A stretch of DNA of 57,079 nucleotides, from assembly GCA_021296175.1 (NCBI GenBank), contig JAGWAX010000001.1:1-57079 (forward strand), in the 5' to 3' direction. This DNA is from Nitrosopumilaceae archaeon (lineage in GTDB: Archaea > Thermoproteota > Nitrososphaeria > Nitrososphaerales > Nitrosopumilaceae). The notes below the pieces were generated by a model that saw nothing but the letters and a program-made list of their open reading frames with translations, was not told the origin of the DNA and did no database searches. Shown one piece after another: positions 39,612 to 50,195 of this stretch; the first letter of the stretch is position 1, and each line of letters begins with the position of its first letter. Both the position numbers and the translations under genes were made by a program.

Positions 39612-39808
39612 TCTTTTTGCGCGGTGCGGGTGGCGATGGCGACGGGGCGCCCCCTCCCCGATCGCGTGGCTGCAAGCGCGGCGTCGCGCCTCCCGCGGCA
39701 ATCATGCCGCGCCTGTGATATGGTATGGACTCAGGTCGCCTGTCTGTGAAATCTGAAAATGCAGGCCGGCAGGCACGAATTTTCAAGGGACTTGAGTGCA
39801 TACGTGAT

Positions 39809-41578
39809 ATGTCCGTAAAATCTAAAATAGCCGTACCGGGTCCGTTCGGTGTGAGGGTAAGGGTATCTGGATCCGCCAAGACCGGAATTGAGATGTTGTG
39901 CGGGTTCGCGTTCTCTGATGATAAAGGCCTGCCCCGCTTTGTGAGCGCAGGCGGCCGCGGCAATACGGCAGCTGACAAGGACCTTGCATCGGCCCTGAGA
40001 CAGACTGCCCGGGACGTGGCAGGCAAGCAGGGCCGGATTGCCGTGATTCCGATTCCGTCCAGAAGGCCGGCAAGGCGCCTGCTTGTCGCGGGGCTTGGAA
40101 GCCGCAAGAGCGCCACGTACGACGTGGTGCGCCATATGTCCGGAAAGATTGCAAGAAAGGCGGCGGAGCTAAAGCTTGGGGAGTTTGCCGTCGTGGCGCC
40201 GCGGCTTGGAGCCGGATCCACGCAGGCCGGAACCGCCTCTGCCATTGCGGAGGGCTCGAAGATGGCCGCGTACAAGTTTGACAGGTTCAAGGGCGCAGGC
40301 GATGATGACTCCGATGGCGGTGATGACAACAACAACGACGGTGGTTTCGGATATGGCTCAGAGGGCGGCAGCAGCAGTAGCAATGGAGCGTACGGCGGAC
40401 CGAACCGCGGGGACGCGACTCGCGGCTCCTCCCAGCCCGTCACTAGATCGGGACTGGTCTCCGAGGTGCTCTCGGCCGGGGACGCGGCAGGCCCCGACCT
40501 GGTCATAGTGTGCGACGGCTCGCCAAGGAAGAAGGGGGAGACGCTTGACGGCGTATCGGAGGCGGTGCGGACATCCTCTGTGATATCCGACGGCAACCTG
40601 TTCGTGCGCAGCGTGGCAAACCTGCCTCCAAACGAGTGCACTCCCCAGACGCTTGCCGACATTGCGCGCGGAATCGCCAGAAAGGACAGCCGCCTCAAGT
40701 GCACCGTGGTGTCAAAGGGCGCCCTCAAGAGGCGCGGCTTTGGGGGCATCACGGCAGTGGGACAGGGCAGCAAGAACGAGCCCAAGCTGATAATACTCGA
40801 GTACAGGGGCGCCTCGGGCCGCCGCAGCAGTCGGGCCGCCGCAGCAGGGCCAATTGTCCTGGTTGGCAAGGCCGTCACGTTTGACACGGGCGGGATATCG
40901 CTCAAGCCGGGGGCCAGCATGGACGAGATGAAGTTTGACAAGTGCGGCGGCTGCACCGTCCTTGGCATAATCAGGACGGCCGCCAAGCTGCGGCTAAGAA
41001 CCGACATCGTGTGCATAGTTCCCGCAGTGGAGAACATGCCCGGCGGCGAGTCATACAGGCCCGGTGACATCATACGGCTGTACAGCGGCAAGACTGCGGA
41101 GATACTGAACACGGATGCGGAGGGCAGGCTCATCCTCGCGGACGCCCTTGCATACGGGGAGCGCCACCACAAGCCTAGGGAGATAATCGACTTTGCCACG
41201 CTGACCGGCGCGTGCATCGTCGCGCTGGGGACCGACGTGGCGGGAATGGTCTCAAACGATTCGGGCCTGGCAGATGCAATCAGGCAGTCTGCCGCGCGCA
41301 CCTCTGAGCCCGTGTGGGAGCTCCCGCTTGACCAGAACTACATGGACATGATAAAGTCGCCCGTGGCCGACATGAAGAACATGGGGATCGGGAGGGCCGC
41401 GGGCACCATTACGGCGGCCGCCTTTTTGAGGAACGCGATAAAGGACACGCCGTGGGTGCACCTGGACATAGCCGGGGTGGCCTGGACGCAGGCGTCCACA
41501 AAGTCGCGCTCCTACAAGTCAAAGGGGGCCACGGGGTTCGGGCTGCGACTTGTAATGGATCACCTGCTTGAACAGTGA
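39809..41578 (+). CDS. pepA: Leucyl aminopeptidase (M17)
   Basis: GKAVTFDTGG, MKFDKCG, NTDAEGRL, WVHLDIAG; start uncertain. Confidence 0.93.
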   Translation: MSVKSKIAVPGPFGVRVRVSGSAKTGIEMLCGFAFSDDKGLPRFVSAGGRGNTAADKDLASALRQTARDVAGKQGRIAVIPIPSRRPARRLLVAGLGSRKSATYDVVRHMSGKIARKAAELKLGEFAVVAPRLGAGSTQAGTASAIAEGSKMAAYKFDRFKGAGDDDSDGGDDNNNDGGFGYGSEGGSSSSNGAYGGPNRGDATRGSSQPVTRSGLVSEVLSAGDAAGPDLVIVCDGSPRKKGETLDGVSEAVRTSSVISDGNLFVRSVANLPPNECTPQTLADIARGIARKDSRLKCTVVSKGALKRRGFGGITAVGQGSKNEPKLIILEYRGASGRRSSRAAAAGPIVLVGKAVTFDTGGISLKPGASMDEMKFDKCGGCTVLGIIRTAAKLRLRTDIVCIVPAVENMPGGESYRPGDIIRLYSGKTAEILNTDAEGRLILADALAYGERHHKPREIIDFATLTGACIVALGTDVAGMVSNDSGLADAIRQSAARTSEPVWELPLDQNYMDMIKSPVADMKNMGIGRAAGTITAAAFLRNAIKDTPWVHLDIAGVAWTQASTKSRSYKSKGATGFGLRLVMDHLLEQ

Positions 41579-41597
41579 GCGCCGTCGCGCACGCAGC

Positions 41598-41729
41598 CTA
41601 GTACCCGCGGCTGTTCCTGTCCGGCTTGTCCACGTTGGGGTTTCTCCAGCCGTGCTTCTCCATCATGTGGTTGAGCAGCCTGATCTCGTTGTCGCACTGT
41701 TCGCCGCATACGGAGCACGTGGGCTTCAT
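41598..41729 (-). CDS. Small C2H2 zinc-finger protein (43 aa)
   Basis: MKPTCSVCG...LLNHMMEKHG: C-x2-C-x12-H-x4-H. Confidence 0.7.
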   Translation of the reverse strand: MKPTCSVCGEQCDNEIRLLNHMMEKHGWRNPNVDKPDRNSRGY

Positions 41730-42030
41730 GACCTGCGCTGCGCGCGCGGCCGATATTAACCGTGTGCCTTGTGGTGGTGACAATGGCGGCGATGACAATG
41801 ATAATGATGAAAATGCCAGCACTGTTGCTTCCCAAGGGCTCTCGCATCTTAGTAGCACAACAGCGACATCAGGTTTGACTTCCAAGTTCGGAACGGGATT
41901 GGGTCGCGCCCTGACGCTATGGCCGGCTTGGCTCGAGTACCTGATGCCTGCCTATTAACGTAACGGATATTGTCCCGCGGCACGTGTGGGTGTACGCAGG
42001 TATAAAGCGAGGCCGCTCCACATACGGTTC

Positions 42031-43827
42031 ATGACACACAGGGTGGCCGTCCTCGACACTGACCTCTGCCAGCCGCGCAAATGTGGGCTGGAGTGCATAA
42101 AGTACTGCCCCGTCAACAAGTCCGGCGCCGACTGCATCACACTTGACGAGGAGGGTACGAAAAAGGCCCGCATAGACGAGGACATATGCAACGGATGCGG
42201 CATCTGCGTCAAGGTGTGCCCGTTTGAAGCCATTACGATAGTAAACCTCGCCGGGGAGCTGGCGTCCGAAAAGGTCCACCAGTACGGCCCCAACTCGTTC
42301 CGCCTGTACCGGCTGCCCGTCCCAAGAAAGGGCGAGGTGATGGGGCTGCTGGGCCGCAACGGCATGGGAAAGAGCACCGCCGTGGGCATACTGTCCGGAA
42401 GCATAATGCCCAACCTGGGCAGGTACGAGGATCCACCCCAGTGGGACGAGATTCTCAAATATTACGGGGGCACCGAGCTAAAGGGCCACTTTGAGCGCAT
42501 AATGCGCGGCGACGCCGCATCCTCGATCAAGCCGCAGCAGGTCCACATGCTGACATCGGCCTTTGAGGGCACGGCGTCGGAGCTGATCGAAAAGTACGAC
42601 CAGCGCGGGGTCGCGCGCCAGATGATCCGAGACTTGGACCTCGAAAACTCCGTGGACCGCAGGCTGTCGGAGCTCAGCGGGGGCGAGCTGCAGCGGGTGG
42701 CAGTGGCAGTCGCCGCGTCAAGGGACGCCGAGTTCTACTTTTTTGACGAGCCCTCCTCGTACAACGACGTATTCCAGAGGATCGGCGTGGCCAGGGTCAT
42801 ACAGGACCTGGCCAAGATCGGCAGGAGCGTGATGGTCGTAGAGCACGACCTGACGCTGCTTGACTTTCTGAGCGACTACATCGAGGTGGTCTACGGGGAG
42901 CCCGCCGCGTACGGGATCGTGTCAAGCGTGCTCTCGACCCGGGTGGGCGTCAACGTCTTCCTTGATGGGTATCTGCCCTCCGAGAACGTCAGGTTCAGGG
43001 ACAAAAAGTTCTCGTTTGACGCGTCGTCCGCGTCGCAGCCTGACGACGCGTTCGTGACGGGCGACGTCATAGTATCATATCCAAGCCTTGAGAGAAGGTA
43101 CGAGTCGTTCTCCGTGAGCGTGGAGCCGGGGCAGGTCCACAAGGGCGAGATTCTGGGGGTGATGGGGGCAAACGCGCTGGGCAAGACCACGATGATGAAG
43201 ATGATTGCGGGCGCAGAGAAACCCGACTCCGGCGCGGTGGACTCGAAGATAAAGCTGGCCTACAAGCCCCAGTACCTGCAGGGCTCCTCGTCGGACGCCG
43301 AGGTCGTATCCGTGCTGTCGGAGGCAAACGGGGACCCGATCGAGGGAAGCATGGAGGAGGAGCAGATCATCGACCCGCTGCGCGTCAAAAAGCTGTACAA
43401 CAAGACCGTCTCACACCTCTCCGGAGGCGAGCTGCAAAAGGTGGCTGTTGCCGCGTGCCTGCTGCAGAAGGTGGACCTGTACGCGCTCGACGAGCCGTCG
43501 GCCTTCCTTGACGTGGAGGACAGGATAGCGCTTGCAAAGTTCGTACAAAAGTTCGTCAGGTCGTTTGGCAAGTCCGCGATAATCATCGATCACGACCTGC
43601 AGCTTATGGACCTGATATCCGACAGCATGATAATATTCGGGGGCGAGCCGGGTGTCCGGGGGGAGGCGACGGGGCCCATGCCCAAAAAGGAGGCCATGAA
43701 CAGGTTTCTCCGCTCGCTCGGCATGTCGTTTAGGCGGGATGAGAGGAGCATGCGGCCGCGCGTCAACAAGCCCGGCAGCAGGCTTGACAAGTCACAAAAG
43801 GTGGAGGGGAGGTTCTACTATGCGTGA
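42031..43827 (+). CDS. rli: Ribosome recycling ATPase ABCE1/RLI
   Basis: N-terminal 4Fe-4S domain, two ABC domains with LSGGELQ signatures. Confidence 0.96.
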   Translation: MTHRVAVLDTDLCQPRKCGLECIKYCPVNKSGADCITLDEEGTKKARIDEDICNGCGICVKVCPFEAITIVNLAGELASEKVHQYGPNSFRLYRLPVPRKGEVMGLLGRNGMGKSTAVGILSGSIMPNLGRYEDPPQWDEILKYYGGTELKGHFERIMRGDAASSIKPQQVHMLTSAFEGTASELIEKYDQRGVARQMIRDLDLENSVDRRLSELSGGELQRVAVAVAASRDAEFYFFDEPSSYNDVFQRIGVARVIQDLAKIGRSVMVVEHDLTLLDFLSDYIEVVYGEPAAYGIVSSVLSTRVGVNVFLDGYLPSENVRFRDKKFSFDASSASQPDDAFVTGDVIVSYPSLERRYESFSVSVEPGQVHKGEILGVMGANALGKTTMMKMIAGAEKPDSGAVDSKIKLAYKPQYLQGSSSDAEVVSVLSEANGDPIEGSMEEEQIIDPLRVKKLYNKTVSHLSGGELQKVAVAACLLQKVDLYALDEPSAFLDVEDRIALAKFVQKFVRSFGKSAIIIDHDLQLMDLISDSMIIFGGEPGVRGEATGPMPKKEAMNRFLRSLGMSFRRDERSMRPRVNKPGSRLDKSQKVEGRFYYA

Positions 43828-43930
43828 TGCGGCCCGCGGAGGCCGCGGAGCGGCCGTCCCGCTCCTCCCGCCCCCCGCATGCGCCGATTCGTCCATATTG
43901 CGCCAGGCTGCTACCGTCCCGTGACGCACC

Positions 43931-44806
43931 ATGACCCGCATGCTGAAGCGAGCGCTGGAGGGTGTCCTGACCGAGTCAGAGGCGGCCGAGTTCGTGTCCG
44001 CGTTCGACCAGGTAGGGGAGATAGTGATAGTGCGCATACCGGATCCGCTCCTTGCAAGAAGGTTCGAGATAGGCAGGGCGCTGCTAGACGGGGTAAAGAT
44101 CGCAAGGAGCGTGTTCTGTCAGGCGTCTGCAGTCGACGGCGAGTACCGCACGCGCAAGCTGGAGCTCATAGCGGGCAGCGGTGACACCACCACCACGTAC
44201 AGGGAGTCCGGCTGCCGGTTCGTGGTGGACGTGGAGGGCGCGTTCTTCTCGCCCCGGCTCTCGCATGAGAGGGAGCGCATAGCCTCGCTTGTGCGAGACG
44301 GCGAGTCCGTGCTGAACATGTTTGGCGGCATCGGCATGTTCTCCGTGATTGCCGCCATGAACACGGCGTGCACCGTATACAGCATAGACTCGAACCCCGT
44401 CGCGTCCAGGCTGTGCGAGAGGAACGTGGAGCTCAACGAGCATTACGGGCGCAAGAACAGAAAAAAGGGGCGCAAGATGGCAGGCCGTGTAATCCCGATA
44501 TGCGGTGAGGCCTCGCAGGTGGTACGCGACAGGTTTGACGGCACGTGTGACAGGACGCTCATGCTGCTGCCTGAGAGATCCGACGAGTTTCTGGAGTCGG
44601 CGGTCCGGGCCACTGCCGACGGCGGCGTCATACACTACTACTCGCACATACACTCGGACTCCAAGGGGGATGCCGCCGCGCTCTCCGAGCGGCACTATCT
44701 GGACGTGGCGCCTGCGCGCTCTGAGATACTGGACTCTAGGATAGTCAGGGCCGTGGGGCCGCGGTATTACCAGACCGTGGTGGACGCGGTGATACGCAAG
44801 GGCTAG
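43931..44806 (+). CDS. Trm5/Taw2-family tRNA-modifying SAM-dependent enzyme
   Basis: FDQVGEIVIV, FFSPRLSHERERI, NMFGGIG. Confidence 0.87.
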   Translation: MTRMLKRALEGVLTESEAAEFVSAFDQVGEIVIVRIPDPLLARRFEIGRALLDGVKIARSVFCQASAVDGEYRTRKLELIAGSGDTTTTYRESGCRFVVDVEGAFFSPRLSHERERIASLVRDGESVLNMFGGIGMFSVIAAMNTACTVYSIDSNPVASRLCERNVELNEHYGRKNRKKGRKMAGRVIPICGEASQVVRDRFDGTCDRTLMLLPERSDEFLESAVRATADGGVIHYYSHIHSDSKGDAAALSERHYLDVAPARSEILDSRIVRAVGPRYYQTVVDAVIRKG

Positions 44807-45105
44807 GGGGTACTGTCGCCGCCGCCGCCGTTCCTGTTTTCGCTTTTGTCGCCGCCGCCGCCGCCGCTACCACCCACGTCACCCACATCATCGTAGGATG
44901 TTATCGTGGCCGACGTGGCGCGGGTCGTCGCCGTCACGTATCCTATCCATGCTATCGCCCCCAGTATGCCCCCGACTATCATCAGCATGGAGAGCTGCTG
45001 TATTATGGGGCTCCACTCAGAGAGCATCAGCAGGTACGCGTATACGAAGAACCCTGCAATTGACAGCGTAAATATCATGATACCGATCCCCTTGCGCTTG
45101 TCCAT
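44803..45105 (-). CDS. Small two-TM membrane protein with Gly-rich tail
   Basis: Two hydrophobic helices, 'ILGAIAWIGY..ATT'. Confidence 0.8.
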   Translation of the reverse strand: MDKRKGIGIMIFTLSIAGFFVYAYLLMLSEWSPIIQQLSMLMIVGGILGAIAWIGYVTATTRATSATITSYDDVGDVGGSGGGGGDKSENRNGGGGDSTP

Positions 45106-45272
45106 GCCGTGGGGCTCTGCAATAGTTATTTAATGGTAAGCGGTTGTGGCGGGGGGGCCTACGCAGATCGTGCCCGGGGCCGAACCGGTGACGCTGTTTG
45201 GACTGCCTGACGTGCGTGGCCGCGGACTTTGCACGATACGGACTTGCAGCATGCCTGATATCGTCTGCGCCG

Positions 45273-46406
45273 TTATTCTGCCGGCACTGCCCTGCTGCCC
45301 GCATTCGGTATCCTCACCGCTACTGCAAACGCCGCTACTATTACGATGACGGCAAAGTACATCACGGCCACGTACCCGTATGCGAGCGCTATGGCGCCCG
45401 CGGCAACAGGCCCGATCACGGCCGCGATTGATATCGTACTGCTAAAGACGCCGGTGCTGGTGGACTTGGGGTTGTTCTCCATGAGGTGGAAGCTGCCCCC
45501 CACGTACAGAAACGCCCACGTGAACCCCACCAAAGCCATGAACGGCATGGCCTGCCACCACTGATCGATAATGGCCAGTCCCACAAACACGAACGCGGTC
45601 ATTCCTATTCCGGCCTTGAATTTCGTCACGTTTGAGACGTGTATGCGATACGCCATCAAATTCATTACCACAAACGCCGTCGCCGTGTTTGCCACGTATA
45701 CCACGGAGACCTGCCAGAGCTTGGCGCCCATGGACTCGGTCAGTATCAGGGGCAGGACGGTCCAGACTGCGACGGCCCCCACGTGCCTCATGAGCAGCGC
45801 GACAAACAGGAATTTGTTGTTCGTTATGACTCGCCTGATGGTACCGGGCGCCGTCTCCTTCTGCGGCCTCGTATCCGACAGTCTTGCGGAGCTTGCAAGC
45901 CCCGCCGCAAACAGGCCCGCGCTGGCAAGGAATATCAAGTCCGTGTCGTTCGCAATGCCGGCGGCCACTATGCCTGCAAGCCACCCCAGGGCGTGGAACG
46001 ACACGACTGACGCCACCTTCTTCTTGTGCGTGCCCGCCTCGTACGTGTACGCGAGCAGGGCCGGGATCATCATGCCGGTGGCCACCCCCGCCGTGATCCT
46101 TGCAAGCAACAGCGTGTGCGCGTCGTCTGCAAAATAGTGCAGGGCGTATACTATGGTACACGCGGCCAACCCGGCCCTTATGAACAGGAGGCGGTGGCCC
46201 CGTCTGTCAGACAGCCGCCCAAAGTACACCTCGGAGACTATCTGCGCCATGCTGAATGACGCCACTATGACGCCGATCTCAAATATCGCGTCAGTCACGC
46301 CGCTTGCTATCACCGGCATGAACATCAGCACCGCTGCTATTCCGGCATGTTGGAAAAAGGTGGTAATTCTGATGTGGTTGCTCATCCCCGACAGCGTTCG
46401 TGACAT
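45273..46406 (-). CDS. MFS transporter
   Basis: Motif A 'GRLSDRRG', ~12 TM segments; start uncertain. Confidence 0.9.
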   Translation of the reverse strand: MSRTLSGMSNHIRITTFFQHAGIAAVLMFMPVIASGVTDAIFEIGVIVASFSMAQIVSEVYFGRLSDRRGHRLLFIRAGLAACTIVYALHYFADDAHTLLLARITAGVATGMMIPALLAYTYEAGTHKKKVASVVSFHALGWLAGIVAAGIANDTDLIFLASAGLFAAGLASSARLSDTRPQKETAPGTIRRVITNNKFLFVALLMRHVGAVAVWTVLPLILTESMGAKLWQVSVVYVANTATAFVVMNLMAYRIHVSNVTKFKAGIGMTAFVFVGLAIIDQWWQAMPFMALVGFTWAFLYVGGSFHLMENNPKSTSTGVFSSTISIAAVIGPVAAGAIALAYGYVAVMYFAVIVIVAAFAVAVRIPNAGSRAVPAE

Positions 46407-46480
46407 GTTGGGGACGCCATGACAGGCCTGTTTTATTTGAAGCATACGCTGCAGCCCGCGTCGCGTCGGGGGCCTGAACT

Positions 46481-46547
46481 TGACTGTGCTGATGACTGTG
46501 CTGATTGTGCCGGTGACGATACGGCGACGCCGGTGACGATACGGCGA
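46481..46547. repeat. Short tandem repeats (12-bp TGACTGTGCTGA, then 20-bp GCCGGTGACGATACGGCGAC x2)
   Basis: Read directly in the MFS/transketolase divergent spacer. Confidence 0.8.
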
Positions 46548-46652
46548 TCACAATGATCGCGCCTCGGTAACCCTGACACTGGGCGCAGTTGCGGTGTCAC
46601 CCCCTGCGCCCTGCCGTTTCCGACTCGAGTAGACTTTTATTCAATTTGGAGT

Positions 46653-48341
46653 ATGAGTGACTGCATGGGGCTGGATTACTGCACGATACGATCAAAGGTG
46701 CTGCGGGCCCGCAAGCTTGTCATACGCGGCACCGCGGCCGCCGGCTCTGGGCATCCCGGCGGCTCGTTCTCCATGGCCGAGATACTGGGCTGCCTGTTCT
46801 ACAAACACCTGCGGTACGATCCGCGCAACCCGCAGTGGGAGGACAGGGACCGGCTCGTCCTGTCAAAGGGGCACGCGGCGCCCGGACTGTTCTCAAACAT
46901 GGCAGTGGCCGGGTACTTTGCAGAGTCCGAGATTGACACGCTCAGGGCGTTTGGAAGCAGGCTCCAGGGCCATCCCGATCTAAAATGCCCCGGGGTCGAG
47001 TTCTGCGGCGGCTCGCTTGGGACCGGCCTCTCATACTCGGTAGGGGTTGCGCTTGCGGCCCGCCTGGACTCTAGGCCCTGCCGCGTATACTCGGTAATCG
47101 GGGACGGCGAGTCCGACGAGGGCCAGATATGGGAGGCCGCCATGGCCGCCTCCAAGTACGGGGTGGACAACCTGACCGTGTTCCTTGATCGTAACTTTAT
47201 CCAGCAGGACTCGTACACGGAGCGCGTCATGCCGCTTGATTCCCGGCTGGGGGACGCCGAGGAGATATCCGCAATGTGGCTCGACCAGGACAGGTGGAGG
47301 ACGGGCGACAAGTGGCGCGCGTTCGGATGGAACGTAATTGAGATTGACGGGCACCGCATAGAGCAGATTGACGATGCCATAAAGAGGGCCCAGGCGCACA
47401 GGAGGGCCCCGACCATAATCATATCGCGCACCATAAAGGGCAAGTCCGTCGAGCACATGGAGGACAACCCCCAGTGGCACGGCAAGGCGCCCGCACAGGA
47501 GACGGTGCCGATAATCAACGCGGAGCTGGAATCTCAGTCGATAATAGCGCCGTCGATAATAGCCGGCGACATGACAAACCTGGCCGCCGAGGTCGTCCGG
47601 TGCGCCGAGGGCAGGGCCGATTACATCCACCTCGACGTGATGGACGGCAGGTTCGTCCCAAACAGGACGTTTCTGCACGAAAAGGTAAAGGAGCTGAGGC
47701 CGCTCACGCTGATCCCGTTTGACACGCACCTCATGATAGAGGAGCCTCACAAGCACGTGCGCCGATACGTGGACGCCGGCAGCGACATAGTTACGGTGCA
47801 TGCCGAGGTCACGGACGACGACACGTTCGGCGAGATATCCGACACGCTGCGCGAGAACGGCGTGGGCGTGGGCCTTGCAATCAACCCCGGCACGGAGCTT
47901 CCGGAGTGGTCGCTGGGGTTCCTTCCCGGGATAGACCAGATCATAGTGATGTCGGTGGTGCCTGGCAGGTCGGGCCAAAAGTACATCGAGTCGACACATC
48001 AGAAGATGGCGCGGCTCATGCCCATACTCAGGGATAACGGCTTTGCCGGGTACGTGGAGGCCGACGGGGGCGTGAACCTTGAGAATGCGGCATCTGTGTT
48101 TGCCGACGGCGCCCGCGCCTTTGTGGGCGGCGGCGCCATCGTGTCGACTCCGGACGTGCGCGCGTCAATACGCGGGTTCAGGCAGGCAGTCGCGACCGCA
48201 AGGCGGAGGATGCTGCTTGACCTGGCCGACAGCCTCGGGGGCAGCGACCTCGTGGAGCGCTGGATAAACCTGCACGTGGTGGGCGCCAGGCCGGCCGAGG
48301 TCAGGACAATCGCGCAGGAGGCGGGATATGTTGCCAGATGA
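46653..48341 (+). CDS. Transketolase N-terminal subunit fused to ribulose-phosphate 3-epimerase
   Basis: SGHPGG, LSKGH, GDGESDEG (TPP motif), then IAPSI, HLDVMDG.FVPN, DTHLM, EADGG (Rpe). Confidence 0.93.
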   Translation: MSDCMGLDYCTIRSKVLRARKLVIRGTAAAGSGHPGGSFSMAEILGCLFYKHLRYDPRNPQWEDRDRLVLSKGHAAPGLFSNMAVAGYFAESEIDTLRAFGSRLQGHPDLKCPGVEFCGGSLGTGLSYSVGVALAARLDSRPCRVYSVIGDGESDEGQIWEAAMAASKYGVDNLTVFLDRNFIQQDSYTERVMPLDSRLGDAEEISAMWLDQDRWRTGDKWRAFGWNVIEIDGHRIEQIDDAIKRAQAHRRAPTIIISRTIKGKSVEHMEDNPQWHGKAPAQETVPIINAELESQSIIAPSIIAGDMTNLAAEVVRCAEGRADYIHLDVMDGRFVPNRTFLHEKVKELRPLTLIPFDTHLMIEEPHKHVRRYVDAGSDIVTVHAEVTDDDTFGEISDTLRENGVGVGLAINPGTELPEWSLGFLPGIDQIIVMSVVPGRSGQKYIESTHQKMARLMPILRDNGFAGYVEADGGVNLENAASVFADGARAFVGGGAIVSTPDVRASIRGFRQAVATARRRMLLDLADSLGGSDLVERWINLHVVGARPAEVRTIAQEAGYVAR

Positions 48342-49368
48342 GCCCGTCCTGACTGACATGCGCACTGCGTACGCCGAGGCCCTGATACGCGAGGGCAGAA
48401 GCAACCCGGACGTCGTGGTAATGGGGGCCGACACGACGGACTCCCTGAAGACCTCCAAGTTCGGCAGGGAGTTTCCCGACCGTTTCTTCAACGTCGGGAT
48501 CGCGGAGGGCAACCTTGTCACGATGTCGGCGGGGCTGGCCGCGTCAGGCAAGACCGTATTTGCAAGCACGTACGCCATATTCCTGCCGGGGCGCGCGGTG
48601 GATCAGATACGCAACAACGTGGCATACCCGTCGCCCGGCGGCCGCGGAGGACTCAACGTAAAGCTGGTGGCCTCGCACGGCGGCCTCTCGGTGGGCCCCG
48701 ACGGCGGGTCGCACCAGCAGCTGGAGGACATCTCGATAATGAGGACGATTCCAAACTTCCGGGTCATGATTCCGGCCGATACCGTGGCCGTCTCGGCCCT
48801 GACGCACATGATGGCAGCCGAATACGGCCCGTTCTACATGAGGATGGCCCGCTTAAAGACGCCGCTTGTATACGGTGGTGGTGATGATGATGATTACCGT
48901 CGCGATGCCGACGGCGCCGGTACGACGGGCGTCGACAAGCGGTTTGAGGCGGGGCGCGCCAACGTCCTGCGCGACGGCTCGGACTGCACCCTTGCCGCCT
49001 GCGGCATTACAGTCGGCATGGCGCTCGAGGCCGCCGACTTGCTGCGGCGCGAAAGGCAGATGTCCTGCCGCGTCCTTGACATGTTCTCGGTAAAGCCGAT
49101 AGACGGGCGCGCGCTTGAAAAGGCGGCGCGCCAGACGGGCCGCATACTCACCGCCGAGGAGCACAACATCATAGGGGGGATGGGCTCTGCAGTGGCCGAG
49201 TCCGTATCCGAGTCGTACCCGGTCCCGATAAAGCGCATCGGCGCGCTCGACGCGTTCGGCGAGTCGGCCCGCGACGCGGAGGTGCCCCTCCTCCTGCAAA
49301 AGCACGGGATCACACCGTTTAATATGGCGCAGCAGGCAGGCGCGCTCGAGAGGTTGCCTGAGAGATGA
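48328..49368 (+). CDS. Transketolase C-terminal subunit
   Basis: FFNVGIAE, DQIRN, GPDGGSHQ, EEHNIIGG. Confidence 0.94.
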   Translation: MLPDEPVLTDMRTAYAEALIREGRSNPDVVVMGADTTDSLKTSKFGREFPDRFFNVGIAEGNLVTMSAGLAASGKTVFASTYAIFLPGRAVDQIRNNVAYPSPGGRGGLNVKLVASHGGLSVGPDGGSHQQLEDISIMRTIPNFRVMIPADTVAVSALTHMMAAEYGPFYMRMARLKTPLVYGGGDDDDYRRDADGAGTTGVDKRFEAGRANVLRDGSDCTLAACGITVGMALEAADLLRRERQMSCRVLDMFSVKPIDGRALEKAARQTGRILTAEEHNIIGGMGSAVAESVSESYPVPIKRIGALDAFGESARDAEVPLLLQKHGITPFNMAQQAGALERLPER

Positions 49369-50039
49369 AGATATTTCTTGACACGGCCGATATTGGACTC
49401 ATCAAAAGGTACAACGACATGGGGCTTGTGGACGGCATTACGACAAACCCGTCCCTGCTTGCAAAGGCCGGCGGAAATCCCGCCGATGCAATGGCCGAGA
49501 TATCGGACGTGATAAAGGGCGACGTCAGCCTGGAGGTGGTGGCCACCGACAGCGACGCGATGGTCGAGGAGGGGCGCAGGCTGCGCCGGTACGGCGACAA
49601 CGTGGTGGTAAAGGTGCCTATGACTCCTGACGGCCTGGCCGCATGCCGCCGCCTGTCGTCTGAGGGCATTCCAGTAAACGTCACGCTGATATTCTCCACA
49701 AACCAGGCCATACTGGCCGCCAAGGCGGGCGCCAGGTACGTGAGCCCGTTCATAGGGCGCATCGACGACACGGGCCACGATGGCATGCAGCTGATCGAGG
49801 ATCTGGTGGGGATATTCCAAAACTACGGCTTTGAGACCCAGGTACTGGTGGCAAGCGTGCGCCATCCTGTGCACGTAAAGGAGGCCGCACTGCTGGGCGC
49901 CGACGTCGTGACGCTGCCCCCGGCCGTACTTGAAAAGATGCTGCACCACCCGCTCACGAAGATAGGACTGGACAACTTTCTTGCCGACTGGGCAAAGCTG
50001 ACTGGTCAGGGATCCTCCTACTCCTCCTCCTCGTCCTGA
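49365..50039 (+). CDS. tal: Transaldolase (Tal/Fsa family)
   Basis: FLDTA, GITTNPSL, VVKVP, SPFIGR. Confidence 0.92.
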   Translation: MKIFLDTADIGLIKRYNDMGLVDGITTNPSLLAKAGGNPADAMAEISDVIKGDVSLEVVATDSDAMVEEGRRLRRYGDNVVVKVPMTPDGLAACRRLSSEGIPVNVTLIFSTNQAILAAKAGARYVSPFIGRIDDTGHDGMQLIEDLVGIFQNYGFETQVLVASVRHPVHVKEAALLGADVVTLPPAVLEKMLHHPLTKIGLDNFLADWAKLTGQGSSYSSSSS

Positions 50040-50195
50040 CGTCACGGCGGTCCTGGCTTTGCCGCGTTGTCATCCGCGCTTCGTCCCCACCCCCTCCCGG
50101 ACGCGTGACTTGCCACCATACTTGCAAGATCCTGAGCCGCGCGCATGCATGGGCATGCCCGCCCATAGAAAATGAAAAAGTGGTTTGCACGAGAG

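Noticed and set aside
39358..41301. 647-aa minus-strand ORF and similar long antisense ORFs (5424-6398, 22951-24741, 55113-56312)
   Set aside because: Shadow frames of well-supported genes in GC-rich DNA; no recognisable motifs
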